A DNA stretch of 64,000 nucleotides, from positions 160,001 to 224,000 of the IMG/VR virus record IMGVR_UViG_3300028840_006907; one strand, 5' to 3'. The position numbers were made by a program, and so were the translations under genes. Source of the stretch: a virus. Positions 41,373-52,141 of this stretch are shown here, one piece after another. Below the pieces are notes generated by a model. The model worked only from the letters and a program-made list of their open reading frames with translations, ran no database searches and was not told the DNA's origin. The number at the start of each line of letters is the position of its first letter. The stretch's first letter is position 1.

Positions 41373-42332
41373 ATGAAGTTACCTCAAGTAATTGGTCATG
41401 AAGAATTGAAAATCAGATTGATACCTCGTTTAGAAAAACATCCTGCAGGAGTCTTTCTCTTCTGTGGTCCAGCCAGTGTGGGGAAACGTACAACTGCTTT
41501 TGAAGTGGGTAAATCCATCTTATGCAAAAATAAATCAGAAAAGTGTAAGTGCGATTCATGTAAGAGATTTAATGAAGGTCATCCGGACTTTTTGTGTATT
41601 GGTACTGAAAGTAGAATAAAGGTAGCTGATGTTAATTCTATTATAGATTTTTGTACCACTGCTCCATTTTTATCAAATAGTAAAATTATTGTTATTGATA
41701 ATGCCCATGAAATAACTCTTGAGGCAGCTAACCGGTTATTGAAATTATTGGAAGAACCTCCTTTAAATTTTTCCTTTTTCTTAATTACGTCAAATCCGGA
41801 AGCAATAATACCTACTATTGTTTCCAGGTGTATTAGGTATGAATTTGGAAATTTATCCCGAGAGGAACTGACTATAATTATAAAGAAGAAATTGGGATTC
41901 AGTCCTAAAAAGGCTGAAACTCTGGGATGGCTTGCAGCAGGTTCTTCATTAGATATATTCGATAAGGCTGGAGAGTATTTAAAATATCGAAACATGGCTC
42001 TTGAATTGGTTTCGAATATGAAAAAAAGATATCTGGTAGATTCTATTGATTATATCGATAAGATCGAAAAAGGTGATTTATCTCTTTTTAATGATATGAT
42101 TGTTTTAGTATTAACAGATTTAATATTATTAAAAAATAATATTTCAGAGATTGCAAATATAGATAAGAAAGACAATCTTGTTAAAATAGCTGAGATTTAT
42201 AATGACCGAGCATTGATAGGAATTGTTGGGTTATTCAGTCAAGTAAAAAGATACTTGTATTTGAATATAAATCTGAATCTCTATTTAAAAAATGCTGTGA
42301 TAAAAACATATCCATTATTTAAGGCGGATTAA
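41373..42332 (+). CDS. holB: clamp-loader AAA+ subunit (DNA polymerase III delta-prime/HolB-like)
   Basis: GVFLFCGPASVGKRT, zinc module CKCDSCKRF, IIVIDNAHEITLEAANRLLKLLEEPP. Confidence 0.75.
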   Translation: MKLPQVIGHEELKIRLIPRLEKHPAGVFLFCGPASVGKRTTAFEVGKSILCKNKSEKCKCDSCKRFNEGHPDFLCIGTESRIKVADVNSIIDFCTTAPFLSNSKIIVIDNAHEITLEAANRLLKLLEEPPLNFSFFLITSNPEAIIPTIVSRCIRYEFGNLSREELTIIIKKKLGFSPKKAETLGWLAAGSSLDIFDKAGEYLKYRNMALELVSNMKKRYLVDSIDYIDKIEKGDLSLFNDMIVLVLTDLILLKNNISEIANIDKKDNLVKIAEIYNDRALIGIVGLFSQVKRYLYLNINLNLYLKNAVIKTYPLFKAD

Positions 42333-43297
42333 TGAAATATAGGGAAGCTTTAACTTCATTACGTTTTAAGAAGAATACAAAATTTGCTCTAGTTGGTAAA
42401 GAGAGTTATTTGAAAGAATATTTCATTAAAATAGCAAATAAAATCTATAATACTTATACAATAAAAACATTTTTCCCTGAGGACCAGTCAGAAGCTCTCA
42501 GTCTATTGAGATGCGATTCTTTATTTGAAGATAATTTTTTAGTTTTAAATAATTTTGATAAAATGAAGATTGACATTTTTCAGGATACTTTAAATACCTA
42601 TGATGGAGTAGTGGTTATTACTCTCTCAGAAAAAGCTAATATAAAATCGAGAGCTATCACAAAAATTTTTAGTGATTTAACTGTAGTTGAGTGTTCTAAA
42701 CTGCGTGAATACGGCAACGATTATCCTTTATGGATAAGAGGATTGATAACAGAAGCAGGTTTTAGTGCAGGTGATAATATTGACCAATTGCTTTTTTCTA
42801 GAGTTGGGCCGAATATGCATGTCCTTGCTCGGGAACTGGAAAAATTGTTTTTATTAAAATCAGAGGAAAAAGTGATTACTTCAGAGGATGTGAAAAAAGT
42901 CGTTGCAATATCAGCAGTAAGTACTGCATTTGAATTGTTTGAACATCTTTTAAGAAGGAATGTTAATAAAGCGTTGGCTTGTTTTTCCTCTTATTCGAGA
43001 AATAGTGATAATTTTTTCGAGATTGTGTCATTTATAGGTTCTTATCTTGAAAAGATGTATCGGATGATTCTTTTACGGGAGAGAAAATTTGATGTTAATG
43101 ATGTAGCTGATATAGTAGGTATACCTAAATTTCTTGTAAAAATGAAATATTTGCCGTGGGCCTTATCTTTTGGGAAAAATGGTCTCGCTAAAAAAATAGA
43201 TGCTATCTGTAATTTAAACATTCAGTTAAGGTTATTTAGGGGAAATAAAAAAATTCTCTTTGAGAGATTTATTTATAGTTTTTCAAAAGATTATTAA
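42332..43297 (+). CDS. clamp-loader delta (HolA)-like subunit, tentative
   Basis: N-terminal pattern and position immediately after HolB-like gene with 1-nt overlap. Confidence 0.4.
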   Translation: MKYREALTSLRFKKNTKFALVGKESYLKEYFIKIANKIYNTYTIKTFFPEDQSEALSLLRCDSLFEDNFLVLNNFDKMKIDIFQDTLNTYDGVVVITLSEKANIKSRAITKIFSDLTVVECSKLREYGNDYPLWIRGLITEAGFSAGDNIDQLLFSRVGPNMHVLARELEKLFLLKSEEKVITSEDVKKVVAISAVSTAFELFEHLLRRNVNKALACFSSYSRNSDNFFEIVSFIGSYLEKMYRMILLRERKFDVNDVADIVGIPKFLVKMKYLPWALSFGKNGLAKKIDAICNLNIQLRLFRGNKKILFERFIYSFSKDY

Positions 43298-43305
43298 TTT
43301 GTTGT

Positions 43306-43983
43306 TTGCATTTTTTTAAACACGTTGTAAGATTATATATGGTTTTAAATGATGTTGAAGGTGCGGTCCATCTCATTCATGAGCATGGTGAAAGATTCGA
43401 AGGTTGGTATTTTTCTAAAAATATTTTAGAGAAAAAAGACCTTACACTTAAATATAAAAAGATCCAGTTAACGTACAATTTTAATGTACTGGATTATAAT
43501 TTTCGTTTTGTTATGCCTTCCAGGATAGAGTTCATTGGGGGCCTAATTTCTTATTCAAATGGGGAACGGGAATTAGGGATATTTAGGTTTCCGCGTGATG
43601 CTGATGGTAAGTTTATAGCTCCTATATCTTTGGATAATAAAGAGATAAATGATTACATGAATTTATCAAAGGATGCAATAGATAAATTACTATCTTTAAA
43701 AGAACCTTTAATTTTTGAAGCCTTTAGAATACCTCAATATGGGTTTGAGTTGTTTGACCTAACTCCTGAAATTATTGAGGATATAAGAAAAGACACTGAT
43801 GATGAGTTTGTGGAGTATGTAAAGAGTGTTCCCGACCGCGTCATTAAAGAGAAAACAGCCGAAATCATAAATAAAATTAACTCTGGGATTAATTATCTTT
43901 TAATACTCAGAAATGTCTTGAATCGTCAATGGAAAGACCTAAATGAGGTATCCTTGGCGACAGATGGAATAATACATATATAA
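43306..43983 (+). CDS. hypothetical protein
   Basis: 225-aa ORF. Confidence 0.3.
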   Translation: MHFFKHVVRLYMVLNDVEGAVHLIHEHGERFEGWYFSKNILEKKDLTLKYKKIQLTYNFNVLDYNFRFVMPSRIEFIGGLISYSNGERELGIFRFPRDADGKFIAPISLDNKEINDYMNLSKDAIDKLLSLKEPLIFEAFRIPQYGFELFDLTPEIIEDIRKDTDDEFVEYVKSVPDRVIKEKTAEIINKINSGINYLLILRNVLNRQWKDLNEVSLATDGIIHI

Positions 43984-44002
43984 GTATAGGAAATCAAATA
44001 AG

Positions 44003-47000
44003 ATGGAGATCGAGATGCTATCACCTTTTGGGAAAATTGTCTGGGAAGATCGATACGCGCTGAAGGATGAATATGGGAAATTAATTGAAAAAAATATTTT
44101 AGAAACATTTCGTAGAGTTGCTACAGCTATTGCTTCTAAGGAAAAAGACTCTAAGTTTTGGGGTGACAAATTTTATAAGATTATGGCAGACCAATCTTTC
44201 TGTCCAGCCGGTAGAGTCCTAGCCCATTCAGGTACACATTATTCTCAACTTCTCAATTGTTTTGTTCTCCCATTCCAGGATGACAGTCTGGAAGAGATTA
44301 TGAACACTGGTAAAAACATGGCTATTGTTCAAAAATATGGTGGGGGCTGTATTGGAGGTGAGAGTAATATTCTTACTAATAAAGGTGTTGTACCATTAAA
44401 AGAAATTGTTGAAGGAAATGATAAAGATCTTAAAGTACTATCTTTTAATTCTGATAATAATGAGATGGAATACTGTGATATTTTAGAAAGACATACAAAT
44501 AATTTATCTGGGGATCGTGTATTCGAAATTGAGTTCGATAATACAAAAGGCGGTGTTGCATCAAGAATAAGAGCTAGCGATTGGCATCCCTTTTTTGTTT
44601 TTGATGGAGTAAAGATAATCCAAGTACGTGCTGATGAGTTAAAACCTGGGATGGCTGTAATAGGCTCAACTGATTTAGGGGTAAATTTAAAGTATGATTC
44701 TATGGGTTGGTTATTAGGTTATATTGCTGGTGACGGTTCGATTGATACTAATAATGGGGAAGATGTACGTGTTAGGGTAGTAGATGACAGTGAAGAGTGT
44801 GTTAAACGTGCAGCAGGAATATTTAATACATCTTATAAACCTTCTAGTGATAAACGTTATAAAGTAAAAATGTGGGCTTGTGAGGTTTATGGAGATGAAG
44901 CTGGGATGGTAAAGGATGAGTTTGGGGGGTATCAAACTAGTGGTACAAAACATGTCCCGAATTCTATCTGGGAAAGTTCTCCTGAAAGAAGACTTTCTTT
45001 TTTAGTTGGGCATATTGATGCAGATGGCTGGTTTAATAAAGAGAAAAAAAGATTTGAAGTTTTTACTGTTAGTAATGAATTGGCAAAAGAATTAATAGCC
45101 TTAGCTGGTGGTCTTGGTATTCGGGCTTCACTACGTTTTAGAAAATCACGTAAAGAAAATGAGCAAGATGGTTGGGAAGTTAGGTATAGTAGCTCTCAAT
45201 TTTCGATTGATTTAATTGTTAATATTAGTGCAAAACATAACCCACTCAATGCTGGATGGGTTATGGGTACTATAAATTTATCTCATGAATGGAAAGATCA
45301 TTTAAAAAGCGTAGGTATTAATGTTTATACAAATAAAGCATGGAGAAAGTCAATTGAAATTGATGGTGTAAAAAGATCATTAGTTTATTGGTTACAGCAT
45401 GGTAAAGCTTCAAGAGAAACTGCTGCTTCTATTCTTAGAGTGTGTGGTGAAGAAAAGATAGCAAGTGCTGTTTTATCTAGCCAAATAGTACTCTCTTCAA
45501 AGGCTACAGGAATTTCAGAAACATTATATGATCTCACTATTGCAAAAAATCAAACATATATGGCATCAGACCCAACTACAGGGGCTTATGTTGTTGTGCA
45601 TAATACAGGATTTAATTTCAGTAGGCTCAGACCATCAGGTTCATATATAAAAGGTGTCAATGGTCGTAGTAGTGGACCCATCGGATTTATTAGCATGATG
45701 TCAACTATCTCAGAAATAATTGAACAAGGCGGGACCCGCAGGGGCGCGTCAATAGGGCTTCTTGAGGCATGGCACCCTGATTTATGGGAGTTTGTTTCTT
45801 ATAAAACTGAACATAATTGGGAATGTCTTCGAGAATTTATTGATGTGAATGATTACGATAAATGGGAATCATTTAAATATGAAAATTTATATAAATGGCA
45901 AATGTTCAATGTCTCTGTAGGAATTACTGATGATTTCTTAGAATCTGTTAAAAACAATAAGGAATGGGTATTTAATTGGAAAGGGGAAGAGTGGGAACTT
46001 TATACCGTTATTTTTAAGAAATATATAAGTGAAGGTAATTACAAAGAATTAACATTTGAAGTTACAGCTAACAATGATCCTACTGCTATATGGAAAGTAA
46101 GAAAGAAAATACCTTATCCTACTGGTAGTGATATATTTGAAGTTACATCAAAAAGAAAAGTAAAAGCTTCCGAGATCTGGGATAGACTGTGTTATAATGC
46201 CTGGGCTGATGGATGTCCGGGCATTATCAATTTAAGTACTGCTCGTAGGATGCATAATTTAGAATATGCCTTCCCTATAGAAGCTACTAATCCTTGTTTT
46301 ACTGGAGATTGTAAATTGGATACTATCAATGGTCCTATGACTTTTGAAAGTCTTGAGGATAAAGAAATTGATCTTAAAACTCCATATGGTTCTATTGAAA
46401 AAGGTAGAATTTGGAAAACAGGGGTAAAATCTACTATCAGATTAAAATTTAATGATGGTAGTTCAATAACGGTTACTCCCGATCAACTATTTTTGTGTCA
46501 TAAAGGAAAAGAGATACGGGCTAAGGATTGTTTAAATAAATGTTTAAATACTTCGGATATACCGTTAAGTGTAGTTTCAATAGAGGATAATGGTGAACAA
46601 GAGGTCTATGATTTTTCAATCCCATGTAATTGGGGTATAGTTAATGGAATAGTGGCTCATAATTGTGGGGAGCAACCTTTAGGGGGATTTAGTTCTTGCA
46701 ATTTGTCAAGCATACTCCTTCCTAATTTTGTTATAGAGGATACCAAATCAGTTGATTGGGATAAACTTAAAGAGGTTGTTCATACTGCTGTCAGATTTTC
46801 GGATAATGTTGTAGATAATTGTGAATTTCCGATTCCGGAAATTAAAGATAAAGCATATCAGGAAAGACGTGTCGGACTAGGTACTATGGGAGTTCATGAC
46901 ATGTTAATCAAAATGGGACTAGATTATGATAGTGATGTGGGTCGTGATGCTGTGGAAGAGGTATTAAGATTTATTCGGGATGAAGCTTATAAAGCATCAA

Positions 47001-48085
47001 TTAAAATTGCGGAAGAGAAGGGGTCTTTTCCAGCCTTTAAAAAGAAAGAAATTTTAAAGAGTGGGTTTATAAAAACACTTCCACCAGAGATCGTAAAATT
47101 GATTGGGAAAAATGGTATTAGAAATAGTGCCCTTTTATCCCAGGCACCCACAGGATCGATCTCAGCGTTAAATAACGTTTCATCTGGGTGTGAACCATGG
47201 TATTCATTATCCTTCCAAAGAAACACTCGTTTGGGTTCCTATGAAGATGGTTGTCCAACTTATATTGAATGGAAGAAAAATAACCCCGAAGCTCCCATAC
47301 CATCCTATTTTAAAACAGCTCCAGAAATAAGCCCTACAGATCACGTAAAAATGCTTATTCTTTTTAGTAAATACATTGATTCAGCGGTGAGTAAGACAGT
47401 TAATCTCCCAAATCATACAACAGTAGATACAGTTAAAGAGACATTTATTTATGCTATGGAAAATGGTGTAAAAGGTCTGACTGTTTTTCGGGATGGTTCT
47501 AAAGAAGGTGTTTTAGTAAATAAACAAAACAAGAAAAAAATTGAAGAAATAATTCCATATACAGATAAAGAAGATTGTTATGAAAATGTAATGTCTCCTA
47601 AAAAGCGGGGAGATAAAACAACTGGTTCAACATATCGTATTCATATGCAAAGTCATAATTTATATGTTACAGTTAATCGAAATAGAGATGGTGATTTAGT
47701 AGAGCTTTTTACTACAGTTGGAGAGAGTAAAAAACCTAATGCACATCATACTAGTGGTGTTGAAGATTCCTGGGCAGAGGGTCTTGGTAAAATAATTAGT
47801 CTAGCTCTGCGTGCAGGAGTGAAACCTAGTTCAATAATTCGGAATTTAAAAAATATTCCATCAGATAAACCAGTATTTGTTACTATCGGTGATAATGAAA
47901 ATTCTGAGCATATACCTTCTCCACCTCATGCTATTGCTAGGGTAATAGAAGATGAGATGAGTAATGGTGAAGAAGAAATTAATATTCAAGGAGGTTATTG
48001 CTCAGAATGTGGCTCAACAAATACTAAAAAGAAGAGTCCCACTTGTTACGAGTGTTTTGACTGTGGCTACGTAGCTTGTGGTTAA
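44003..48085 (+). CDS. nrdJ: class II (adenosylcobalamin-type) ribonucleotide reductase interrupted by two inteins
   Basis: Extein motifs QKYGGG|TGFNFSRLRPSG, GGTRRGA, TNP|CGEQPLGG; C-terminal Cys cluster; 1360 aa before splicing, about 818 aa after. Confidence 0.85.
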   Translation: MEIEMLSPFGKIVWEDRYALKDEYGKLIEKNILETFRRVATAIASKEKDSKFWGDKFYKIMADQSFCPAGRVLAHSGTHYSQLLNCFVLPFQDDSLEEIMNTGKNMAIVQKYGGGCIGGESNILTNKGVVPLKEIVEGNDKDLKVLSFNSDNNEMEYCDILERHTNNLSGDRVFEIEFDNTKGGVASRIRASDWHPFFVFDGVKIIQVRADELKPGMAVIGSTDLGVNLKYDSMGWLLGYIAGDGSIDTNNGEDVRVRVVDDSEECVKRAAGIFNTSYKPSSDKRYKVKMWACEVYGDEAGMVKDEFGGYQTSGTKHVPNSIWESSPERRLSFLVGHIDADGWFNKEKKRFEVFTVSNELAKELIALAGGLGIRASLRFRKSRKENEQDGWEVRYSSSQFSIDLIVNISAKHNPLNAGWVMGTINLSHEWKDHLKSVGINVYTNKAWRKSIEIDGVKRSLVYWLQHGKASRETAASILRVCGEEKIASAVLSSQIVLSSKATGISETLYDLTIAKNQTYMASDPTTGAYVVVHNTGFNFSRLRPSGSYIKGVNGRSSGPIGFISMMSTISEIIEQGGTRRGASIGLLEAWHPDLWEFVSYKTEHNWECLREFIDVNDYDKWESFKYENLYKWQMFNVSVGITDDFLESVKNNKEWVFNWKGEEWELYTVIFKKYISEGNYKELTFEVTANNDPTAIWKVRKKIPYPTGSDIFEVTSKRKVKASEIWDRLCYNAWADGCPGIINLSTARRMHNLEYAFPIEATNPCFTGDCKLDTINGPMTFESLEDKEIDLKTPYGSIEKGRIWKTGVKSTIRLKFNDGSSITVTPDQLFLCHKGKEIRAKDCLNKCLNTSDIPLSVVSIEDNGEQEVYDFSIPCNWGIVNGIVAHNCGEQPLGGFSSCNLSSILLPNFVIEDTKSVDWDKLKEVVHTAVRFSDNVVDNCEFPIPEIKDKAYQERRVGLGTMGVHDMLIKMGLDYDSDVGRDAVEEVLRFIRDEAYKASIKIAEEKGSFPAFKKKEILKSGFIKTLPPEIVKLIGKNGIRNSALLSQAPTGSISALNNVSSGCEPWYSLSFQRNTRLGSYEDGCPTYIEWKKNNPEAPIPSYFKTAPEISPTDHVKMLILFSKYIDSAVSKTVNLPNHTTVDTVKETFIYAMENGVKGLTVFRDGSKEGVLVNKQNKKKIEEIIPYTDKEDCYENVMSPKKRGDKTTGSTYRIHMQSHNLYVTVNRNRDGDLVELFTTVGESKKPNAHHTSGVEDSWAEGLGKIISLALRAGVKPSSIIRNLKNIPSDKPVFVTIGDNENSEHIPSPPHAIARVIEDEMSNGEEEINIQGGYCSECGSTNTKKKSPTCYECFDCGYVACG
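44348..45604 (+). mobile_element. intein 1 (419 aa) with LAGLIDADG homing-endonuclease domain
   Basis: Starts with Cys after QKYGGG, ends VVHN before Thr; two LAGLIDADG motifs (LGYIAGDGSID, LVGHIDADGWF). Confidence 0.8.
46295..46663 (+). mobile_element. intein 2 (123-aa mini-intein, no endonuclease domain)
   Basis: Inserted between TNP and CGEQ of the active-site motif; starts CFTGD, ends VAHN before Cys. Confidence 0.75.
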
Positions 48086-48123
48086 TATATAAACAAAAGG
48101 TAATTTTTAAAGGAGATCGATCT

Positions 48124-48429
48124 ATGATTACAGAGATCCAAGGTAATTGTATTTCAAAAGAAGGTAATGTAATAGTGGATTTTTATACAAGTACATGTAG
48201 TCCTTGTAAAGCTTTGAACCCTATTTTAGAGGAAATTTCTGAAATTGAAGGGTTAGTAGTTCAAAAAGTTGATGTTACGAAGAATCCTGAATTATCTCAA
48301 CAATTTGGGGTGATGAGTGTCCCTACTGTGGTATTCATGAAAAATAATCAAGTGAAGAATACGGTACGGGGTTTAAAATCCAAAAATGATTTGCTATCGA
48401 TGGCAAGGAAATGCTTTAGTGGACGATGA
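48124..48429 (+). CDS. thioredoxin-like protein
   Basis: CSPC redox motif in thioredoxin-fold context; AAGGAG SD before the internal Met; adjacent to RNR. Confidence 0.65.
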   Translation: MITEIQGNCISKEGNVIVDFYTSTCSPCKALNPILEEISEIEGLVVQKVDVTKNPELSQQFGVMSVPTVVFMKNNQVKNTVRGLKSKNDLLSMARKCFSGR

Positions 48430-48928
48430 AAAGTATAAAATAGAATTAGATCTGGATAGGAATAGAATAAAATCTGTATTATTGGAAACATATAAAACTT
48501 GTATGAATGTACTTGAAGTTGATTTCAATATAACTGCAGATGAATTTGTCTCAAAAGTAAATAAATTTCTTGAGAGTAATCGGGTGGCATCGGTGCCTAT
48601 TTCTTTGAATTTACCATCTAAGAAATACCCTGAATTGAAGATAGATGTAAATTTTCAAAAAAAGAGTGTCATTGCCAGGATGCTTAATAAAAAGAAACGT
48701 ATACTTTTAAATAGGTATCTAACTAAATTATGAAAGAAAAAATAAAAGTTACAGGTAAAGTTAAGTCAACCTCTGATCCATTTTTAATGGATAGAACAAG
48801 TTATCATTTAATTACAGTTGAAACTGACCGAGGTTTATTTAGCCTGCCTGTTGAGAGACCAGATTCATATAAACTTTTTGAAGAGGTAGAAATTTCTGTA
48901 GTTATTAAAAGTAAAGATAAAAAATAAT

Positions 48929-49414
48929 ATGTCTATTAATCCTTTGTTTTTAAAATTTCTAAATCGTGAAGCTCCTGTACTTGAAATGTTGAGTTCATTT
49001 TCACGGTCTAAAGATCCTTATACTTCTGAGGCTGCTAATGAATTAATGGAAAATCCTCCTGACTTGGAGGAGTTCCGGAAAGAATTTATCGATGCTGTAA
49101 GAGATATTATTAAAGAAGGACCAGGTAAGGAATTTTCTGCTTTTGTTGACCATTATATGGCACCTTCTTTAGAAGAGGATGTAAAAACTGTTAAGGGTCA
49201 ACGGGGTGAAAACATACATCGTACAGCTAGAGTAAAAGACAAAAATGAACCTTGGGTGCAAGCTTTAATTTGTTATAATCTCTGTCTTTATATCAGAGCT
49301 TTTGGTTTAGAAGCTTTAAAAACATGTAAGGTTTGCGGTAGATTTTTTGCTCATAAGGGAAAATGGGCCGTATACTGCAGTGACGTATGTAAATCAAATA
49401 AAAATAAGAAATAG
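48929..49414 (+). CDS. hypothetical protein with C-terminal zinc ribbon
   Basis: CKVCGRFF...CSDVC. Confidence 0.3.
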   Translation: MSINPLFLKFLNREAPVLEMLSSFSRSKDPYTSEAANELMENPPDLEEFRKEFIDAVRDIIKEGPGKEFSAFVDHYMAPSLEEDVKTVKGQRGENIHRTARVKDKNEPWVQALICYNLCLYIRAFGLEALKTCKVCGRFFAHKGKWAVYCSDVCKSNKNKK

Positions 49415-49421
49415 AGATAAT

Positions 49422-50177
49422 ATGATAAAGATTGGTGCTGTTTATTGCGTCTATGATGCCTCTACATTTTTATATGAGTCTGTTCATAGAATTTATCCTT
49501 TAATGGATAAAATTGTTTTCATTATAAATACAAAACCATGGTATGGTGAACCTGTACAAGATGAACCTTTTAATACCTATAAAAAGATTCTGTCTATAGA
49601 AGATCCTCAGAATAAATCTCTCATTTTAACAGGTACTTGGAATAATGAAGCTTCTCAAAGAAATGATGGCTTAAAATTATTAAAAGGTCTTGATATTGAT
49701 TGGTGTCTTATAGTAGATGATGATGAACTTTATAATCGCTCTGAATTGCTCTCTATTATAGGTATGCTTCAGAATGCTGAGCATGCTGCTTATTTAATTT
49801 ACCATCAAATTTATTGGAAAAACAGAAATACTATTATTGAAGGTAAATTTGGTTCTTTTCCTACTTTTACTAGAACTAATGGAACTGTGCATTTTAATGA
49901 GGATAGAATGATACTTGTTAGTGAACCTCATACTTGGTTTACAATATCTTCAAATAATATAATGTGTCATCATATGTCTTATATACGTTCAGATTCTGAA
50001 ATGTTGAGAAAAATCAAAAATTTTTCTCATGCTGATGGAGTACCTGAAAATTGGTATAAGGAAAAATGGTTGAATTGGAATAAGGATACAGTTAATTTAC
50101 ATCCTTCACCTAATAATGCTTTTAAGAGAGCAATCTCAGTTTCAGAATCAAAATATAATCTTGATCCAATTTTTTAG
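49422..50177 (+). CDS. GT-A fold glycosyltransferase-like protein, tentative
   Basis: DxD-like LIVDDDE after a Rossmann-like N-terminus. Confidence 0.3.
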   Translation: MIKIGAVYCVYDASTFLYESVHRIYPLMDKIVFIINTKPWYGEPVQDEPFNTYKKILSIEDPQNKSLILTGTWNNEASQRNDGLKLLKGLDIDWCLIVDDDELYNRSELLSIIGMLQNAEHAAYLIYHQIYWKNRNTIIEGKFGSFPTFTRTNGTVHFNEDRMILVSEPHTWFTISSNNIMCHHMSYIRSDSEMLRKIKNFSHADGVPENWYKEKWLNWNKDTVNLHPSPNNAFKRAISVSESKYNLDPIF

Positions 50178-50212
50178 TTATCGAAAACTCTCCTTCGTGT
50201 CGTATAATAAGT

Positions 50213-50812
50213 ATGGGAAAAACAGAAAGATTAAAAAAACTTGAAGAAATTGCAGAGAAGTGTTATAACTGTGAATTAGGTAAAACACGTAATAGGTTAG
50301 TCTTTGGTGAAGGTAGTGCTAACTCAACTTTTATGATAATAGGTGAAGGTCCTGGGGAAACAGAGGATAAAGAAGGTCGTCCTTTTGTGGGGAGATCAGG
50401 TCAATTATTACGAAAGATGTTAACAGCCATTGATCTTAATCCTGAAAAAGACGTTTTTATTGCTAACATAGTAAAATGTCGCCCTCCGAAAAATCGGGAT
50501 CCTAAAAAGAATGAAATTACAACATGTATAAAATTTTTGAGAAAACAGATAGAGATTATTGAACCGAAATTAATAATTCTTTTAGGTAAGTCTGCAGTAA
50601 AAGGCATTTGCCCTGATTTAGCGAAAGAGAGTGTTGAAAGATTACGTATTATATCAAAAAATCTCGGTATGTTAATTTACAATGATATTCCAGTTGTTGT
50701 TACTTATCATCCTAGTGCTTTACTAAGAACTCAATGGAGAAGAGTAGGTGCCAAGGAAGATTTTGAATTTCTTCAGAATGTTTATAAGGAATTCAAGAAT
50801 GATGAGCGATAA
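50213..50812 (+). CDS. uracil-DNA glycosylase, family 4
   Basis: GEGPGETEDKEGRPFVGRSGQLL and Cys-containing N-terminus (CYNCELG), HPSALL near C-terminus. Confidence 0.85.
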   Translation: MGKTERLKKLEEIAEKCYNCELGKTRNRLVFGEGSANSTFMIIGEGPGETEDKEGRPFVGRSGQLLRKMLTAIDLNPEKDVFIANIVKCRPPKNRDPKKNEITTCIKFLRKQIEIIEPKLIILLGKSAVKGICPDLAKESVERLRIISKNLGMLIYNDIPVVVTYHPSALLRTQWRRVGAKEDFEFLQNVYKEFKNDER

Positions 50813-51413
50813 AAATAGGAGTTTTTGGGAAAAAATGCATAAAGATAATAGTAGATTGTGGTTAACCGATTCTGATCCGAATTATGTCTATGAGTTACAC
50901 AGTTTGACAAAAGATTTAATTAGATCTAAATATAATATTCTGGAAGTTGGTGTCGGCACAGGTAGATCTATTATTCGGTTAAGTGACATGCATTCTGTCT
51001 ATGCCGTAGATATAGCGGAAGAGGCATTAAAGAAGGTTAGGTTATTTGCTACTACTATTCAGGTTTATGATGAAGAGAATTGGCCTAAAGATAAAATTGA
51101 TATAGCTCTTTGTCATTTAGTATTTCAACACTGTAATGATAATAATTTCAGGTATTTAATTAGGCAAATATTAGAGAGTTTAACTCCTAAAGGTTATTTT
51201 ACTTTTCAAAGTGCTGATGCAGAGAAAAAGAATTTAAATAAAAATTATAAAAAATATGTAAAAGAGAACCACATGTATTTTAGGTCAAAAGATGATGTGA
51301 CAAGAACCGTTGAAAAGATGGGGGGAAGAGTTTTATCTATTTCTGATGATATTGTTCATATCAATGAATGTTATATAGTTTGGAATATTTTCAGAGTAAA
51401 AAGGTCCTTTTAA
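50799..51413 (+). CDS. SAM-dependent methyltransferase
   Basis: Motif I ILEVGVGTGRS, acidic residue after beta-2 (AVDIAEE). Confidence 0.55.
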   Translation: MMSDKNRSFWEKMHKDNSRLWLTDSDPNYVYELHSLTKDLIRSKYNILEVGVGTGRSIIRLSDMHSVYAVDIAEEALKKVRLFATTIQVYDEENWPKDKIDIALCHLVFQHCNDNNFRYLIRQILESLTPKGYFTFQSADAEKKNLNKNYKKYVKENHMYFRSKDDVTRTVEKMGGRVLSISDDIVHINECYIVWNIFRVKRSF

Positions 51414-51417
51414 ATAA

Positions 51418-52098
51418 ATGGTAATTCTTGAATCCGGTGTTGGTTATAGAATACAAGAGAATTATGTATTTGATAACGAGGTGATTCAATTTGGAGCTGC
51501 TAGAAGTGGCACTACCTTAATGTGGAATATACTAGCACGATTATTTAGAAAAGTTTGGAAATCTCATCAATATATACCAAAATCGATGGTTGAGAAAGAT
51601 ACGAAAGTATTTATAACAATAAGACATCCAAGAGATATGGTCCTGTCTTTAATGAGGGTGGAAGAAGATATTGATGATTTATCTTCAATTACTAAAGAAA
51701 AATTAGAAGCTTATATAACATGGATTGAGAGTTATCAGAAATTTTATGAAACTTTTTATAATGAATACGATCATTTTGATTTCAGGTTTGAGAATTATAA
51801 TATTAATACAGTATTTAATGTAATTGAAAATAATTATGGGGAGATACCTGAAAATCTTAAAGAAAAAATTAAAAAAGATGTAAGTAAAGAACAGGTATTA
51901 AAGGATGTATCTCATAAAGGAAAAAGGCAATTAATAAAAAATGGTTATAGTGCTTATTTTCTTAATAGGAATAGTAAACATATATCAGATAAAGAACCAG
52001 ATGAATATTTTAATATGTTATCTTTAAATTTACAGAAGAAATTAAATAAAAGTCTTGGCGAGTTTAAAATTTTTCTAGGATATAGTGCAGGAATTTAA
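51418..52098 (+). CDS. sulfotransferase family protein
   Basis: 5'-PSB-like loop GAARSGTTLMWN and 3'-PB-like ITIRHPRDMVLS. Confidence 0.5.
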   Translation: MVILESGVGYRIQENYVFDNEVIQFGAARSGTTLMWNILARLFRKVWKSHQYIPKSMVEKDTKVFITIRHPRDMVLSLMRVEEDIDDLSSITKEKLEAYITWIESYQKFYETFYNEYDHFDFRFENYNINTVFNVIENNYGEIPENLKEKIKKDVSKEQVLKDVSHKGKRQLIKNGYSAYFLNRNSKHISDKEPDEYFNMLSLNLQKKLNKSLGEFKIFLGYSAGI

Positions 52099-52141
52099 AA
52101 GAAAGATAGTTCTTTTATAAAACTAATAATCTTTCAATATT

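Noticed and set aside
41579-41995. 138-aa minus-strand ORF inside the HolB-like gene
   Set aside because: Antisense to a gene with strong conserved motifs; no independent support.
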